Source: Candidatus Latescibacterota bacterium
GTDB taxonomy: Bacteria > Latescibacterota > UBA2968 > GCA-2709665
Assembly (NCBI GenBank): GCA_965219995.1
Contig: CBDCOX010000002.1
Coordinates: 3,232,001 to 3,296,000 of the forward strand
Direction: 5' to 3'
DNA: 64,000 bases
Shown: positions 36,086 to 45,498 of the stretch, one piece after another
How the letters are laid out: every line of letters begins with the position of its first letter
Position numbering within the stretch: position 1 is the stretch's first letter
The notes under the pieces: generated by a model
Databases searched by the model: none
The model's input: the letters and a program-made list of their open reading frames with translations, nothing else
Told to the model about the DNA's origin: nothing
Made by a program: the position numbers and the translations under genes

Positions 36086-36330
36086 GATTCGCACATATGC
36101 TGGTGGACGCGACGGCGCCCGACCCACTTGAATCGTTCCGCGTTTCCGCTTGTGAGACAGCAATCCCTCGTAAACGAACGAGTATTCAATAGTGCGAAGG
36201 ATCACAACGGCCTCAAAACCCGTCTAACTGTTTTATCCGAAGAATATCGGCAATTGGAGTTGATTTTTCGGAAGTCAATGCACTCATTCAAGGGGCTGCA
36301 TATTCCGGCAATCTGAATTCGCCTTCGCCC

Positions 36331-36359
36331 TTGCCACAGTCTTCCATTGTATGTATAAT
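36331..36359 (+). promoter_or_regulatory. Putative sigma70 promoter
   Basis: TTGCCA-17 nt-TATAAT upstream of 36480. Confidence 0.5.
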
Positions 36360-36479
36360 TTCATTCGCCACCCGGAATGAGCTTAGTTTTGGGATAGTCA
36401 ACTCAGTGTGTGTACAGACGATGTGTTATATTTGTAGTCGACTCAATGACGCACGCACGAGGGTGAGAAGGGACCTGCC

Positions 36480-36695
36480 ATGGCGCGAAAATCACAAGCA
36501 TCCAATTGCAAGAGAGTGCACGTCATCTCAAGAAGAGATCGCTGGGTCGTCAAGAAGGAAGGGAATTCCAGAGCGTCGAAAATCTACGATACCAAGTCTG
36601 CTGCCGAAAAAGGCGCCAGCGAAATATCGAATGGCAGTGATGTTGTGATCCATAGACGAGATGGAACTGTACAAAAATGGATAAAGGCTAAGTGA
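36480..36695 (+). CDS. DUF2188-like small protein
   Basis: HVI....WVVKKEGNSRAS..YDTK..A...A...VVIHRRDG. Confidence 0.75.
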   Translation: MARKSQASNCKRVHVISRRDRWVVKKEGNSRASKIYDTKSAAEKGASEISNGSDVVIHRRDGTVQKWIKAK

Positions 36696-36974
36696 ACAGC
36701 CGCGGGGATCGGATGACGTAGAGTAAAACCGGGAGTTAATGGGTCCAACCTCTTGTGAGATTTCGCACGAGGTTTTCGTTTATTCAGGTCGAGCCATCAG
36801 ATACTCCAGGCGTGCGTCCTGCTCGAACCAATTCCACAATCTACTGCCGAAACTCCGTCGCTTGCGAAGAACATGCCTGTGTCACGGTGCGCCGTCTTTC
36901 CTCCCATTAGAAATCGAGAAGGTGAGTTTCCCACAAATCTGCTGAAGTCCTGACTTGCATAATTGCGGGTTTTC

Positions 36975-37439
36975 ATGATACCTAAGGTGTACATTGACAC
37001 ATCGGTGATCGGCGGATATTTGGATGACGAATTTCGTCTGCATTCAAGACGTCTGTTTTCCGATTTTCAAGCGGGTCGATTCAAGGCCGTGCTATCGAAT
37101 GTTACCTTTGCCGAACTTCGCCAGGCCCCGGATGCCATTCGTGCCCTTTTGCAACACCCAGTTCTCAATGACGCGGAGCGGGTGTTTCTGGATCATGAAG
37201 CAATTATGCTCTCTGAGGCATACATTGAGGACGAGGTCGTTGGCCATGCCCATCGTGTTGATGCCCAGCATATCGCGATTGCCACGGTTCAACGAGTGGA
37301 CATCCTGGTCAGTTGGAATTTCCAGCATATTGTCAAGTGGAGTCGCATTCGCGCTTTTAATGCTGTAAATCTGAAACAGGGGTACCCCCCATTGGAGATT
37401 CGCTCTCCTCAGGAGGTCTACTATGAAGACGAACCATGA
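36975..37439 (+). CDS. PIN-domain (VapC-like) protein
   Basis: VYIDTSVIGG..D.EF, DAQHIAIAT...VDILVSWNF.HIV. Confidence 0.85.
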   Translation: MIPKVYIDTSVIGGYLDDEFRLHSRRLFSDFQAGRFKAVLSNVTFAELRQAPDAIRALLQHPVLNDAERVFLDHEAIMLSEAYIEDEVVGHAHRVDAQHIAIATVQRVDILVSWNFQHIVKWSRIRAFNAVNLKQGYPPLEIRSPQEVYYEDEP

Positions 37440-37596
37440 GAATAACCCTGTGCAATTGATGAGGACCCTCCGTGATCAGATGAGTGAGGAAATGAGAGGA
37501 ATGACTCCTCAACAGCAGATTGCGTACATTGAAGAACGATCGGGCTTGAAACGGGACGATCATAAGGAACCGTCAAGAGACACGAGCACGAGCTGA
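37423..37596 (+). CDS. 57-aa putative antitoxin partner of the PIN protein
   Basis: AGGAGG RBS, ATG overlapping the PIN 3' end; MKTNHENNPVQLMRTLRDQMSEEMRGMTPQQQIAYIEERSG...; below the ORF-track cutoff. Confidence 0.6.
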   Translation: MKTNHENNPVQLMRTLRDQMSEEMRGMTPQQQIAYIEERSGLKRDDHKEPSRDTSTS

Positions 37597-37793
37597 TCGT
37601 CCACTTCCCATCACACTTAGTGAATGGAGATTTGCGCCAGCAAAATGGTTTTACCTGCTGGTGTTTTCCGGATGGTGCTGGCCTCATCAGTACACTCCCG
37701 GGATTCGACTTGAAATATCCGTCAACGAGAAACACGACGAATTCTGCCGTCTGTCTTCGTGCATTGACGCCATAACCAGCGAAAGGAATCACC

Positions 37794-38864
37794 ATGACAC
37801 AATCCGATCCGTATGAAAAAGGTCTCGCGGCAGGTGAAGCGGCCGTGGCCGCCGCCGGAGGCAATTCGCAGGCATCGCCGAACGGCGGGCGCATGTACGT
37901 GCGCACGCAGAGCTTCGGGTCCACCGATGCCGAACTGCGCTTTCTGCAGCGCTGCGGCGTGCGCCACAAAGCCGTCGTCTTTCCGTTCCACGAAGACCGA
38001 GGCTGGGATCTCGACGAACTGGTCCAGGTACGGGAGCGCCATGAGGCGTTCGGGATCACGCTGGATATGAGTTCGCTGCCCATATACGAGCGTTTTCCCA
38101 ACATCATCTATTATGGCAGGAGCCCGGAGCGCGACCGGGAGATCGACATCGTATGCGAAATGATCCGGACCGCTTCGCGCGCGGGCATCGACTCGCTGCG
38201 ATACAACACCTGCGTGCTGCCCATCGACCGCACAGAGCCGGAAGAAGGCCGCGGCGGGTTCTACCATACCGCGTTCCGCCTGGAGAAAGTCCCGGCGGAA
38301 GACCAGGCCAGGCTGACCGAGGCCGGGCGCGTCACGGCCGACATGTACTGGGAAAGAATCGAGTATCTGCTGGAACGCATGATTCCGGTGGCGGAAGAAT
38401 TCAAGGTTCGAATGGGCAATTCCCAGGAGGACCCCGCCACACCCCCCGGCTACCGGGGCGTTGACAAGGTCCTCAATGACTTCGAGGGCATGAAGCGTTT
38501 CATCGAGATACAGCGCGGTCCGTATCACGGCTGGAACTTCTGCGTGGGCTCCGTTGCCGAAGGGCTCAAAGACCCGGCCAGTGAAATCTACCCGATCATT
38601 GAGTACTTCGGCAGCCGGAATACGATCTTCCTGGTCCACTACCGCAACATCATCGGGGGCCAGTACAGCTTCCGCGAGTCTCTGCCCGATGAAGGCGACA
38701 TGGACTTCCACCTCGTCTTGAAGGCGCTGAAGGACACGGGCTACCGTTACGGCATCGATCCGGACCACGTCCCTTGGACCGACGACGATCCGAACCGCTC
38801 CTACCAGTCCTACGCTTACTGCTTCGGGTACATCAACGCCATGATTCAGGCGGTGTACGGTTAA
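37794..38864 (+). CDS. uxuA: Mannonate dehydratase (UxuA) family protein
   Basis: PERDREID, YLLERMIPVAEE..VRM...EDP, FCVGS..E, VHYRN, F.E...DEGDMD, PDHVP. Confidence 0.75.
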   Translation: MTQSDPYEKGLAAGEAAVAAAGGNSQASPNGGRMYVRTQSFGSTDAELRFLQRCGVRHKAVVFPFHEDRGWDLDELVQVRERHEAFGITLDMSSLPIYERFPNIIYYGRSPERDREIDIVCEMIRTASRAGIDSLRYNTCVLPIDRTEPEEGRGGFYHTAFRLEKVPAEDQARLTEAGRVTADMYWERIEYLLERMIPVAEEFKVRMGNSQEDPATPPGYRGVDKVLNDFEGMKRFIEIQRGPYHGWNFCVGSVAEGLKDPASEIYPIIEYFGSRNTIFLVHYRNIIGGQYSFRESLPDEGDMDFHLVLKALKDTGYRYGIDPDHVPWTDDDPNRSYQSYAYCFGYINAMIQAVYG

Positions 38865-38900
38865 CACATACGCAGGCGGGCCAGGGCAAAGGACAGACAC

Positions 38901-39746
38901 ATGGAACCGGCTGAAATAGCTCACCGTATCAGGGAAAACGGCTACTGCATCATTGAGGACGTCATCCCCTCTGGGGAAGTGGGTACGATCCGCGAGCGCG
39001 TTGTGCGGGCGCAGGCCGCACAGAACGCCGCCCACCAGGCCAGGGAGAAGGCGACTCGAGCCAGGGGCCACCGCGTCGGAGCCCGCGGCGTGGGCGTGCT
39101 CAAGCAGGCGCTCAATGAAGACCAGTCGTTCGCACCGTACCTGGCCGACCCGCGGATCATCGGGACCCTCGAGATCTTCTTCGGTCCCTGGCTGCGGATC
39201 TCCTGTACCGACGCCGTGGTAAACCACCCGGGGAACGAGCGCGGCTACTGGCACGCGGACTGGCCGTTCAACCAGACGAACGCCTCCAATGTCCCCGCCC
39301 CGTACCCGGACGTGATGATGCACGCGTCGTCGCTGTGGATGCTGACCGATTTCTCCCATGCCAACGGCGGGACGCTGATGTTGCCGGGCACGCACCGGAA
39401 GAACCGCAATCCGGCGACGGGAGACCTGCCCGGCTTCGACAATGAGGCGCCGCAGCCGGACGAGATCAACGCCCAGGGCAGGGCGGGATCCGTGCTGCTC
39501 TACGACAGCCGGCAATGGCACGCGGTTGCGCCCAACCGGAGCGGAAGCCCCCGGGTGGCCCTGATCGTGCGCTACGCTCCCTGGTGGCTGAACCTGAATC
39601 CCACGCACGTAGGCACGCCGGAGCACGAGATGATGGTGGTGGAGACCGGAGGGAAGAACTACGAGATGGAACCCCTTCGCCGCGACGTATACGACGGGCT
39701 TCCGGAGGACGTGAAGCCGCTCTTCAGGCATTTCGTGGGCAAATAA
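38901..39746 (+). CDS. PhyH-family Fe/2OG dioxygenase
   Basis: ENGYCIIE, WHADWPF, WMLTDF...NGGT..LPGTH, AGSV..YDSRQWH...N.S...R. Confidence 0.87.
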   Translation: MEPAEIAHRIRENGYCIIEDVIPSGEVGTIRERVVRAQAAQNAAHQAREKATRARGHRVGARGVGVLKQALNEDQSFAPYLADPRIIGTLEIFFGPWLRISCTDAVVNHPGNERGYWHADWPFNQTNASNVPAPYPDVMMHASSLWMLTDFSHANGGTLMLPGTHRKNRNPATGDLPGFDNEAPQPDEINAQGRAGSVLLYDSRQWHAVAPNRSGSPRVALIVRYAPWWLNLNPTHVGTPEHEMMVVETGGKNYEMEPLRRDVYDGLPEDVKPLFRHFVGK

Positions 39747-39764
39747 AGCCACGGTAAACCCTGA

Positions 39765-39823
39765 CCGACCCTTCGACCCTTCGGCAGGCTCAGGGCACCG
39801 CAAGCTCAGGGATCTACTCAGGA
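39765..39823. repeat. CCCTTCGAC/GCTCAGGG-type repeat; inverted copy at ~60970-61028
   Basis: CCGACCCTTCGACCCTTCGGCAGGCTCAGGGCACCGCAAGCTCAGGGA closely matches the reverse complement of 60970-61028. Confidence 0.75.
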
Positions 39824-39857
39824 CAACGCACACGGTGCTGGATTATGGACCGGAAAC

Positions 39858-39902
39858 TGCTGCTTCGTCTACATCAATGGGATGATTCAGGCGGTCTATG
39901 GA
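39858..39902 (+). pseudogene. Remnant 3' end of a second uxuA-like gene
   Basis: Encodes CCFVYINGMIQAVYG versus YCFGYINAMIQAVYG at the end of 37794-38864. Confidence 0.6.
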
Positions 39903-40016
39903 TGGTCCATATGCAGGATGTTCCGGCCGGCAGCGCCATATCTCGAGCAACTTGCACCTCGTCGGGAAGGGCGGGATGGAGATCAGACGCACGAACTGAA
40001 ACCGCGAGGAGGGATT

Positions 40017-40214
40017 ATGAGGTATAAAATCGCGCTTCACAAATCTGAAGAAGGCTATAGTGTCTCCGTACCCGGCCTGCCTGGTTGCTGGTCGCAGGGA
40101 GCCACAGAAGTTGACGCGATTGCAAACATCGAGGCGGCCATACGCGAGTATCTTGAAGTTGTTGACAAATTGCTGGACAATGTAGAAGTACGAGAAATCG
40201 AGCTGACGGTATAG
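40017..40214 (+). CDS. hicB: HicB family antitoxin
   Basis: YKIALHKSEEGYSVSVPGLPGCWSQGATEVDAIANIEAAIREYL. Confidence 0.88.
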   Translation: MRYKIALHKSEEGYSVSVPGLPGCWSQGATEVDAIANIEAAIREYLEVVDKLLDNVEVREIELTV

Positions 40215-40215
40215 C

Positions 40216-40428
40216 ATGCCGAGACTGCCAGGAGTAAACCATTTGGATGCAGTCCGTGCATTAGAGAAAGCAGGATTTTACCTGGCACGCCAAAGCAAGC
40301 ACGTAGTTATGACAGATGGCGTGCGCATTCTGACAATCCCGCGAAACAACCCTGTGAATGCCTTTACGATGGGAGGAATCGTCAGGGACGCGGGATTATC
40401 TATTGAGGAATTTCGCAAGCTCTTGTGA
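40216..40428 (+). CDS. hicA: HicA family toxin
   Basis: LPGVNHLDAVRALEKAGF...RQSKHVVM...TIPR...TMGGIVRDAGL. Confidence 0.88.
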   Translation: MPRLPGVNHLDAVRALEKAGFYLARQSKHVVMTDGVRILTIPRNNPVNAFTMGGIVRDAGLSIEEFRKLL

Positions 40429-40643
40429 TGGCCAAACTTCGGTACTGAAAATTCCCTGCCATCGGCGGATCTTGCGGTCCACATTCGGCTGTAGACGTGG
40501 CCGACCGATCTCAATCTGACGATGCCGGGTTTTTCGCAGGGACGACTGGAAGGTCGGCATTACCCAAACGTAGAGGCGTTCGTTCAAGACACAACTTTGA
40601 AACAGGCGAAACGCTGATCTGACCGGATCAGGAGGCAACGCCC

Positions 40644-41399
40644 TTGGAATGGTATGAAGACGAGTCGTTCTGGAAAGCGACGTATCCGTTTCTTTTTTCC
40701 GAGGCGAGGTTTGACGCCGCCGAGACGCACGTTGAGAACATTCTGAATCTGGTCGGCCTGGACTCGGGGCCGGTTCTCGACCTGTGTTGCGGCCCGGGCC
40801 GCAGCGCGATCCCCCTGGCGCAGCGCGGGTTTCAAGTCACCGCGGTAGACAGGAGCCCGTTTCTTCTGGTCAAAGCGAAGGCGAGGGCGGCGCACGAGAA
40901 TCTGAACATTGAATGGATCGAGAGCGATATGAGGAAGTTCGAGCGGCCGGCTGCCTTCGATCTGGTCCTCAATCTCAACACCTCATTCGGGTACTTTGAC
41001 GACAAGGACGAGGACGTCGGGGTGCTGCGAAAGATCTTCGGCAGCCTGAAGCCCGGCGGTCGTCTCGTCATGGATCTCATGGGCAAGGAGAAGTTGGCAC
41101 GAATCTTCGAGCCGACGACGTCCGAGAAGCTTGAAGACGGCACCCTGCTGGTGCAGCGGCACGAGATCTTCGACGAGTGGACACGCGTCAGGAATGAATG
41201 GATCATCATCAAAGGTTCGGAGGTCCGCGCCTTCGAATTTCACCACACGATATATTCCGGACAGGAACTGAAAGACAGATTGCTTGCCGTTGGATTTGGC
41301 GACGTGAAACTCTACGGGAGTTTCGAAGGGGAGGAATACTGCAGGGAATCCAACCGGTTTGTAGCCGTCGCCGGGAAACCCACTCTGACCGATGCCTGA
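40644..41399 (+). CDS. Class I SAM-dependent methyltransferase
   Basis: VLDLCCGPGR, VTAVD, SDMR, TSFGYF, LKPGG. Confidence 0.88.
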   Translation: MEWYEDESFWKATYPFLFSEARFDAAETHVENILNLVGLDSGPVLDLCCGPGRSAIPLAQRGFQVTAVDRSPFLLVKAKARAAHENLNIEWIESDMRKFERPAAFDLVLNLNTSFGYFDDKDEDVGVLRKIFGSLKPGGRLVMDLMGKEKLARIFEPTTSEKLEDGTLLVQRHEIFDEWTRVRNEWIIIKGSEVRAFEFHHTIYSGQELKDRLLAVGFGDVKLYGSFEGEEYCRESNRFVAVAGKPTLTDA

Positions 41400-41463
41400 T
41401 CATACGTCTGGAAAAGCTCCAGCCCGGCGATGACGTCAGACCCCATTTCGAGCGACAGAACTC

Positions 41464-41889
41464 ATGGACATACTCGACGTGACCTCGATCAGATACCAGA
41501 ATACTCTTGAGGGGATCGACTCCGACAATCTCGGGGGGCATTTCCAGGGTTGGCCGAATCCGCCCTCGCCGGATGCGCATCTGAGGATTCTTCAGGGCAG
41601 CGATTACCTCGTTCTGGCTGTTTCTCCGCAAGGAACGGTCGTCGGCTGGATTTCAGCCATCTCGGACGGCGTGTCCTGCGCATATATTCCACATCTAAGC
41701 GTACTGCCCGCATACCAGGGGAAGGGCATCGGCGCCGAGCTTGTCAGGCGGATGCGCGAACAGGTTGGACACCTTTACATGATCGACCTTGTGTGCGACC
41801 GGGACGTGGTTGATTTCTACGTCAAGCAGGGTTTCTCGGAATGCGTGGGGATGGTTGTACGAAATTTCGAGCGCCAGAACTGCGAATAG
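41464..41889 (+). CDS. GNAT family N-acetyltransferase
   Basis: SAISDG, LSVLPAYQGKGIGAELV, FYVKQGF. Confidence 0.82.
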   Translation: MDILDVTSIRYQNTLEGIDSDNLGGHFQGWPNPPSPDAHLRILQGSDYLVLAVSPQGTVVGWISAISDGVSCAYIPHLSVLPAYQGKGIGAELVRRMREQVGHLYMIDLVCDRDVVDFYVKQGFSECVGMVVRNFERQNCE

Positions 41890-41896
41890 GGCCGTA

Positions 41897-42616
41897 ATGA
41901 CGCCTCACTCCCGCGACGGGATATCCGAAGAAACGGCTCGATACTATGCCGCGCGTGCTCCGGAATACGACCGCAGCGCGGGGTATCTGACGCTCGACGC
42001 ACATCCTTACCGCGCTGAGAAAAAGAAACGATACCAGCAACTGTTCAAGGGCCATGACGTCCTCGAAGTTGCGTGCGGGACGGGATATTGGACGGAAGCC
42101 CTGGCGGAAACCGCGAGGTCGGTTGTTGGCGTTGACGTCAACCCGGAGATGATCTCCCGAGCGGGCTCCAGGTGCGAACATCTCCCGCACGTGAAATTCC
42201 GTCTGGCTGACGCGTTTTCCCTGGACCCCTCGGTCGGCACATTCACCGCGGCGTTCGCTGTCTGGTGGTGGTCCCACGTCCCCAGGTCCCGCCTGCGGCA
42301 GTTTCTGCAATCGCTTCACCGCAGGCTGATTCCCGGAGCGCTTGTGCTGTTTTCGGACCAGCTTGAATATGAAATTCCCAGGGTTGACGGAATGGCCACG
42401 CAACGGCGCGAGGATTCCAACGGCGATACCATCGAGCGGCGTGTTCTCTCGGATGGGCGGGAGTACGATATCGTGAAGAATTTCCCGACCGAGCAGGAGC
42501 TTGTTTCAGCCGTGAGTGGCTTCGGATCGGACATTCAGTATCGGGAGTGGCCGGGGGAAAAGCATTGGGAACTGACGTACAAGTCCGGCAAAACGCAAGA
42601 TAGGGCAAAACCCTGA
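41897..42616 (+). CDS. Class I SAM-dependent methyltransferase
   Basis: YYAARAPEYD, VLEVACGTGYWT, WWSHVP, LSDG..Y.IVKNFP. Confidence 0.85.
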   Translation: MTPHSRDGISEETARYYAARAPEYDRSAGYLTLDAHPYRAEKKKRYQQLFKGHDVLEVACGTGYWTEALAETARSVVGVDVNPEMISRAGSRCEHLPHVKFRLADAFSLDPSVGTFTAAFAVWWWSHVPRSRLRQFLQSLHRRLIPGALVLFSDQLEYEIPRVDGMATQRREDSNGDTIERRVLSDGREYDIVKNFPTEQELVSAVSGFGSDIQYREWPGEKHWELTYKSGKTQDRAKP

Positions 42617-43060
42617 ATAGCATCTACTGTCCTGTCCCAAAAATACCTCACCATTCTTCCGCCGATTCATCCCGTCTCGCGGCGTTGCCTTCGCTCGCCG
42701 ACCTGGCCAGGTCGCCTGCGCTCTGGCGCCTTGCGAGCCGGGCGACTCGACGGCCGAATTCAGGCAACTTATTTCCGGGACAGAACACTACCAACTCCTC
42801 GAGTATTGCGAGATCGCATTCTCTCTCCGCGATTTTCCGCGGGAGGTAGACGTTCTGGAGGAGGCCGCCCGTCGCTTTTCAGAGATCCCTGTCAAGACCT
42901 TTCTCGAGATCGGATGCGGCAACAGCCCCCTCATGGAAGAGCTGGCAGGCAGAGGCTACGATTTCATAGGAATCGACACAAGTGACGAAATGCTCACGTA
43001 CTCGAAGGAGAATGCCAGGAACAGGGGAGATCACGCGCGGTTTGTGAAGGCGATCATGGA
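42613..43060 (+). pseudogene. SAM methyltransferase pseudogene, MITE-interrupted and 3'-truncated
   Basis: Removing the MITE restores NSIYQLLEYCEIAFSLRDFPREVD...FLEIGCGNSP...GIDTSDEML; methyltransferase-like sequence is lost after FVKAIM. Confidence 0.7.
42625..42790. mobile_element. ~166-bp MITE with TA target duplication (Correia/IS630-like)
   Basis: TACTGTCCTGTCCCAAAAATA ... TATTTCCGGGACAGAACACTA (17/21 inverted match); internal CGGCGTTGCC...CGCCTTG. Confidence 0.75.
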
Positions 43061-43131
43061 AGGCCGTTCTCTGCGTTCTCCGCGGGCTCTGCGGGCAAAA
43101 AAAAACGGTACGGATTTTGGAGATCATCGCT

Positions 43132-45390
43132 ATGATCAAGCCAAGTCACGAGTGGGTACGGCGGGCGCGCACCTTTCAGATAGAGCAATACCACCCGCCC
43201 TTCTGGCCCGATATCGATTTTGACGCGAAGCAGCTCGTCGATGTCGTGCGGAAATACCACGCCAACGCTATCCGGTTCGGCAGCGCGGGCAAATGGGCGG
43301 TCTTCCCCAATGAGTTCTTTCCCCCGCACCCTCAATTAGGTGAGCGCGACCTGCTCGCCGAGACCATCGCCGAGGCCCATGCGCGGGACGTCCGCGTCAT
43401 CGGGTACATTCCCGTGGGGCACATTATTCCCGAAGACAACATGCTGATCCATCATCCGGAGTGGATGTACCGCCCCAGCCCCGAAGGCAACGCTCCTGTC
43501 CTGAGGCACCACGGCGGCGGATTTCACCGGCACGTCTGCTTCAACACACCGTACCGAGAGGCCATCTGCGCTTTCATCGCACAAGTGGTGGACCACGACG
43601 TCGACGCGATCTACACCGATTCTGCCTGTCCTTACCATTCGCACCACACCCCGCAGTCGCCCTTGTGCTACTGCGACTATTGCCTCGAGAAGTTCGAGAG
43701 GCAATTCGGCTGCCCAATGCCGTATGCACCCGATCCGCACAGCCTGCCTCGGGAAGACCGGGAGATGCTGGAAGAGTGGAGTCTGCAGTACGGCAGGATC
43801 GTCGGCGATGTCTTTCTCGAATTCGCCGCTGCGACGCGAAAGAAGAAGGACATCCCCGTGCTGACGCACGGCCTGGGTGTGGGCGACTGGCCCGAACGCA
43901 GGATCGTGGAGGTGCACGATGGATTCCTCTACGAGGCCGGGGGCGACTTCCTTCATCGGCTAGAGGCGGCCAGTCTGGCCGAGTCGTCGGGTTGGACCAT
44001 GTGGCAATACGTCGGCGCCTTGACGGGCTGGTCGCGGGCGCAGTGCTTCGGCATGGAACTCGTCGAGGAGGCGGCAGCCAGCTTTGCTTCCGGAGGGGGC
44101 GTCCTGGTGGCGTGCGGCGTGAACCTTTGGCTGTCGCCTCCCCACAAAGCCAATCGTGAGCTGGCGGAGCTCCTTGAGATCCTGGAGAGGAATGAATCAC
44201 TCTTCGAAGATCTCCACCCGTCACCGTTTGTTGCGATTCCATTTGTTTTGCCGGTGCGGGTGTATGAGATGCTCGAGCGGTTGCGGTTCCGCGCCGAGCC
44301 CCTGGTGATGCGCGATCGTCCGCGCGATGTCATCGGCCAGTCCAGGCAGGACCTCGCCGACCGCCCGGGGGAGCTTGAGGCCCCGCTCTCCGAGGCGGGC
44401 TATCTCGTACGCACGCCCCCGCAGCAATCCTGCCGTCGCGGGGCCTTCTCGGCCATGCTGGCCAACCATTTGCCGACATCGGTGATCGAGGAGCGGGTTC
44501 TCTCCGATCCAGCGGCGTTGGCAAAGTATCCTGTTCTGTTTCTGCCCAACGTCGGCCATCTCACGCGGGAGGAAGTCGAGGGCATCACGGAATATGTGAA
44601 TGCGGGCGGGCGGCTCCTGGCGACGTACCGGACGAGCCTGTACGGTGCCGAGCCCGATGAGATGCGCGACAACTTCGCCCTGGCGGACCTTCTGGGCGTG
44701 GACCGCGTGGACCCGAACCCCGACCAATTCGCTGATTACGAACAACACCTCTGGGCCGCCGGGACGTTCGACACGTACGGCTGCTGCGTTCCGGGTCAAT
44801 GGCTGGCCGAGGGGTGCTCGCATGAGCTGTGGCCGCTCAATCGGTTCGAGTTCGTCCAGGCGCGGCCGGGAACCGACGTGGTGGCGAACATCGTCTTCGG
44901 CGGGCGCGAGGACGACGCTCTGTGTCCCGCCGTCACCTGCCGGACGGTTGGCAAGGGCCGCGTCGTCTATCTGGCCGCGCCGGTGGAGGAGCTTCATTTC
45001 GAATATCGCCTGCTGGTGATCCGCGATCTTCTGGGCGCCGTGGTGGATTGGCTATACCCGGAGGGCCGGCCTCTGATGACCGACGGCCCGAACCAACTCG
45101 TGATGATTCCGAATGAGAAACCGGGAAGCCAGGTGTTGTTTCTGATCAATCACACCGGCGAGCGCGTCGAGCATCTGCCGGAGATCTGGCCGCGCTTCAG
45201 CCCACAGTTTGACTATGTGACCACGATACCCGAAGTGAACCTGCGCTGGCAGCTCACGGAGCGGGGCACTCCTCGTCGCGTGTGGGACGTTTGCACGGGA
45301 GATGACCTGGAGGTCACGTTCGACGGAAACCACCTGGAAACCATATTAACGAACATCGGACAGTACGCGATGATTGCCGCTGAGTTCTGA
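43132..45390 (+). CDS. Putative glycoside hydrolase (GHL6/GH42-like TIM barrel plus beta-galactosidase trimerisation-like domain)
   Basis: FDAKQLVD, RDLLAE....AH...VRVI.Y, HPEW, CFNTPY, CYCDYC..KF, LFLPNV..L......I.EYV.AGG.L.AT..TSL. Confidence 0.7.
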   Translation: MIKPSHEWVRRARTFQIEQYHPPFWPDIDFDAKQLVDVVRKYHANAIRFGSAGKWAVFPNEFFPPHPQLGERDLLAETIAEAHARDVRVIGYIPVGHIIPEDNMLIHHPEWMYRPSPEGNAPVLRHHGGGFHRHVCFNTPYREAICAFIAQVVDHDVDAIYTDSACPYHSHHTPQSPLCYCDYCLEKFERQFGCPMPYAPDPHSLPREDREMLEEWSLQYGRIVGDVFLEFAAATRKKKDIPVLTHGLGVGDWPERRIVEVHDGFLYEAGGDFLHRLEAASLAESSGWTMWQYVGALTGWSRAQCFGMELVEEAAASFASGGGVLVACGVNLWLSPPHKANRELAELLEILERNESLFEDLHPSPFVAIPFVLPVRVYEMLERLRFRAEPLVMRDRPRDVIGQSRQDLADRPGELEAPLSEAGYLVRTPPQQSCRRGAFSAMLANHLPTSVIEERVLSDPAALAKYPVLFLPNVGHLTREEVEGITEYVNAGGRLLATYRTSLYGAEPDEMRDNFALADLLGVDRVDPNPDQFADYEQHLWAAGTFDTYGCCVPGQWLAEGCSHELWPLNRFEFVQARPGTDVVANIVFGGREDDALCPAVTCRTVGKGRVVYLAAPVEELHFEYRLLVIRDLLGAVVDWLYPEGRPLMTDGPNQLVMIPNEKPGSQVLFLINHTGERVEHLPEIWPRFSPQFDYVTTIPEVNLRWQLTERGTPRRVWDVCTGDDLEVTFDGNHLETILTNIGQYAMIAAEF

Positions 45391-45498
45391 TTCAGCGACA
45401 AAGCGGGCTTACCGAACCATTTCGTTCCGATGATTGTCACATCCCACTAACAAACTCAAATCGCAAATGCGACGATCTGTGAGAGAAAGGGTTGCCTC

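Noticed and set aside
38817-39902. Diversity-generating retroelement VR/TR pair
   Set aside because: Only ~45 nt, differences are not adenine-specific, and there is no reverse transcriptase.
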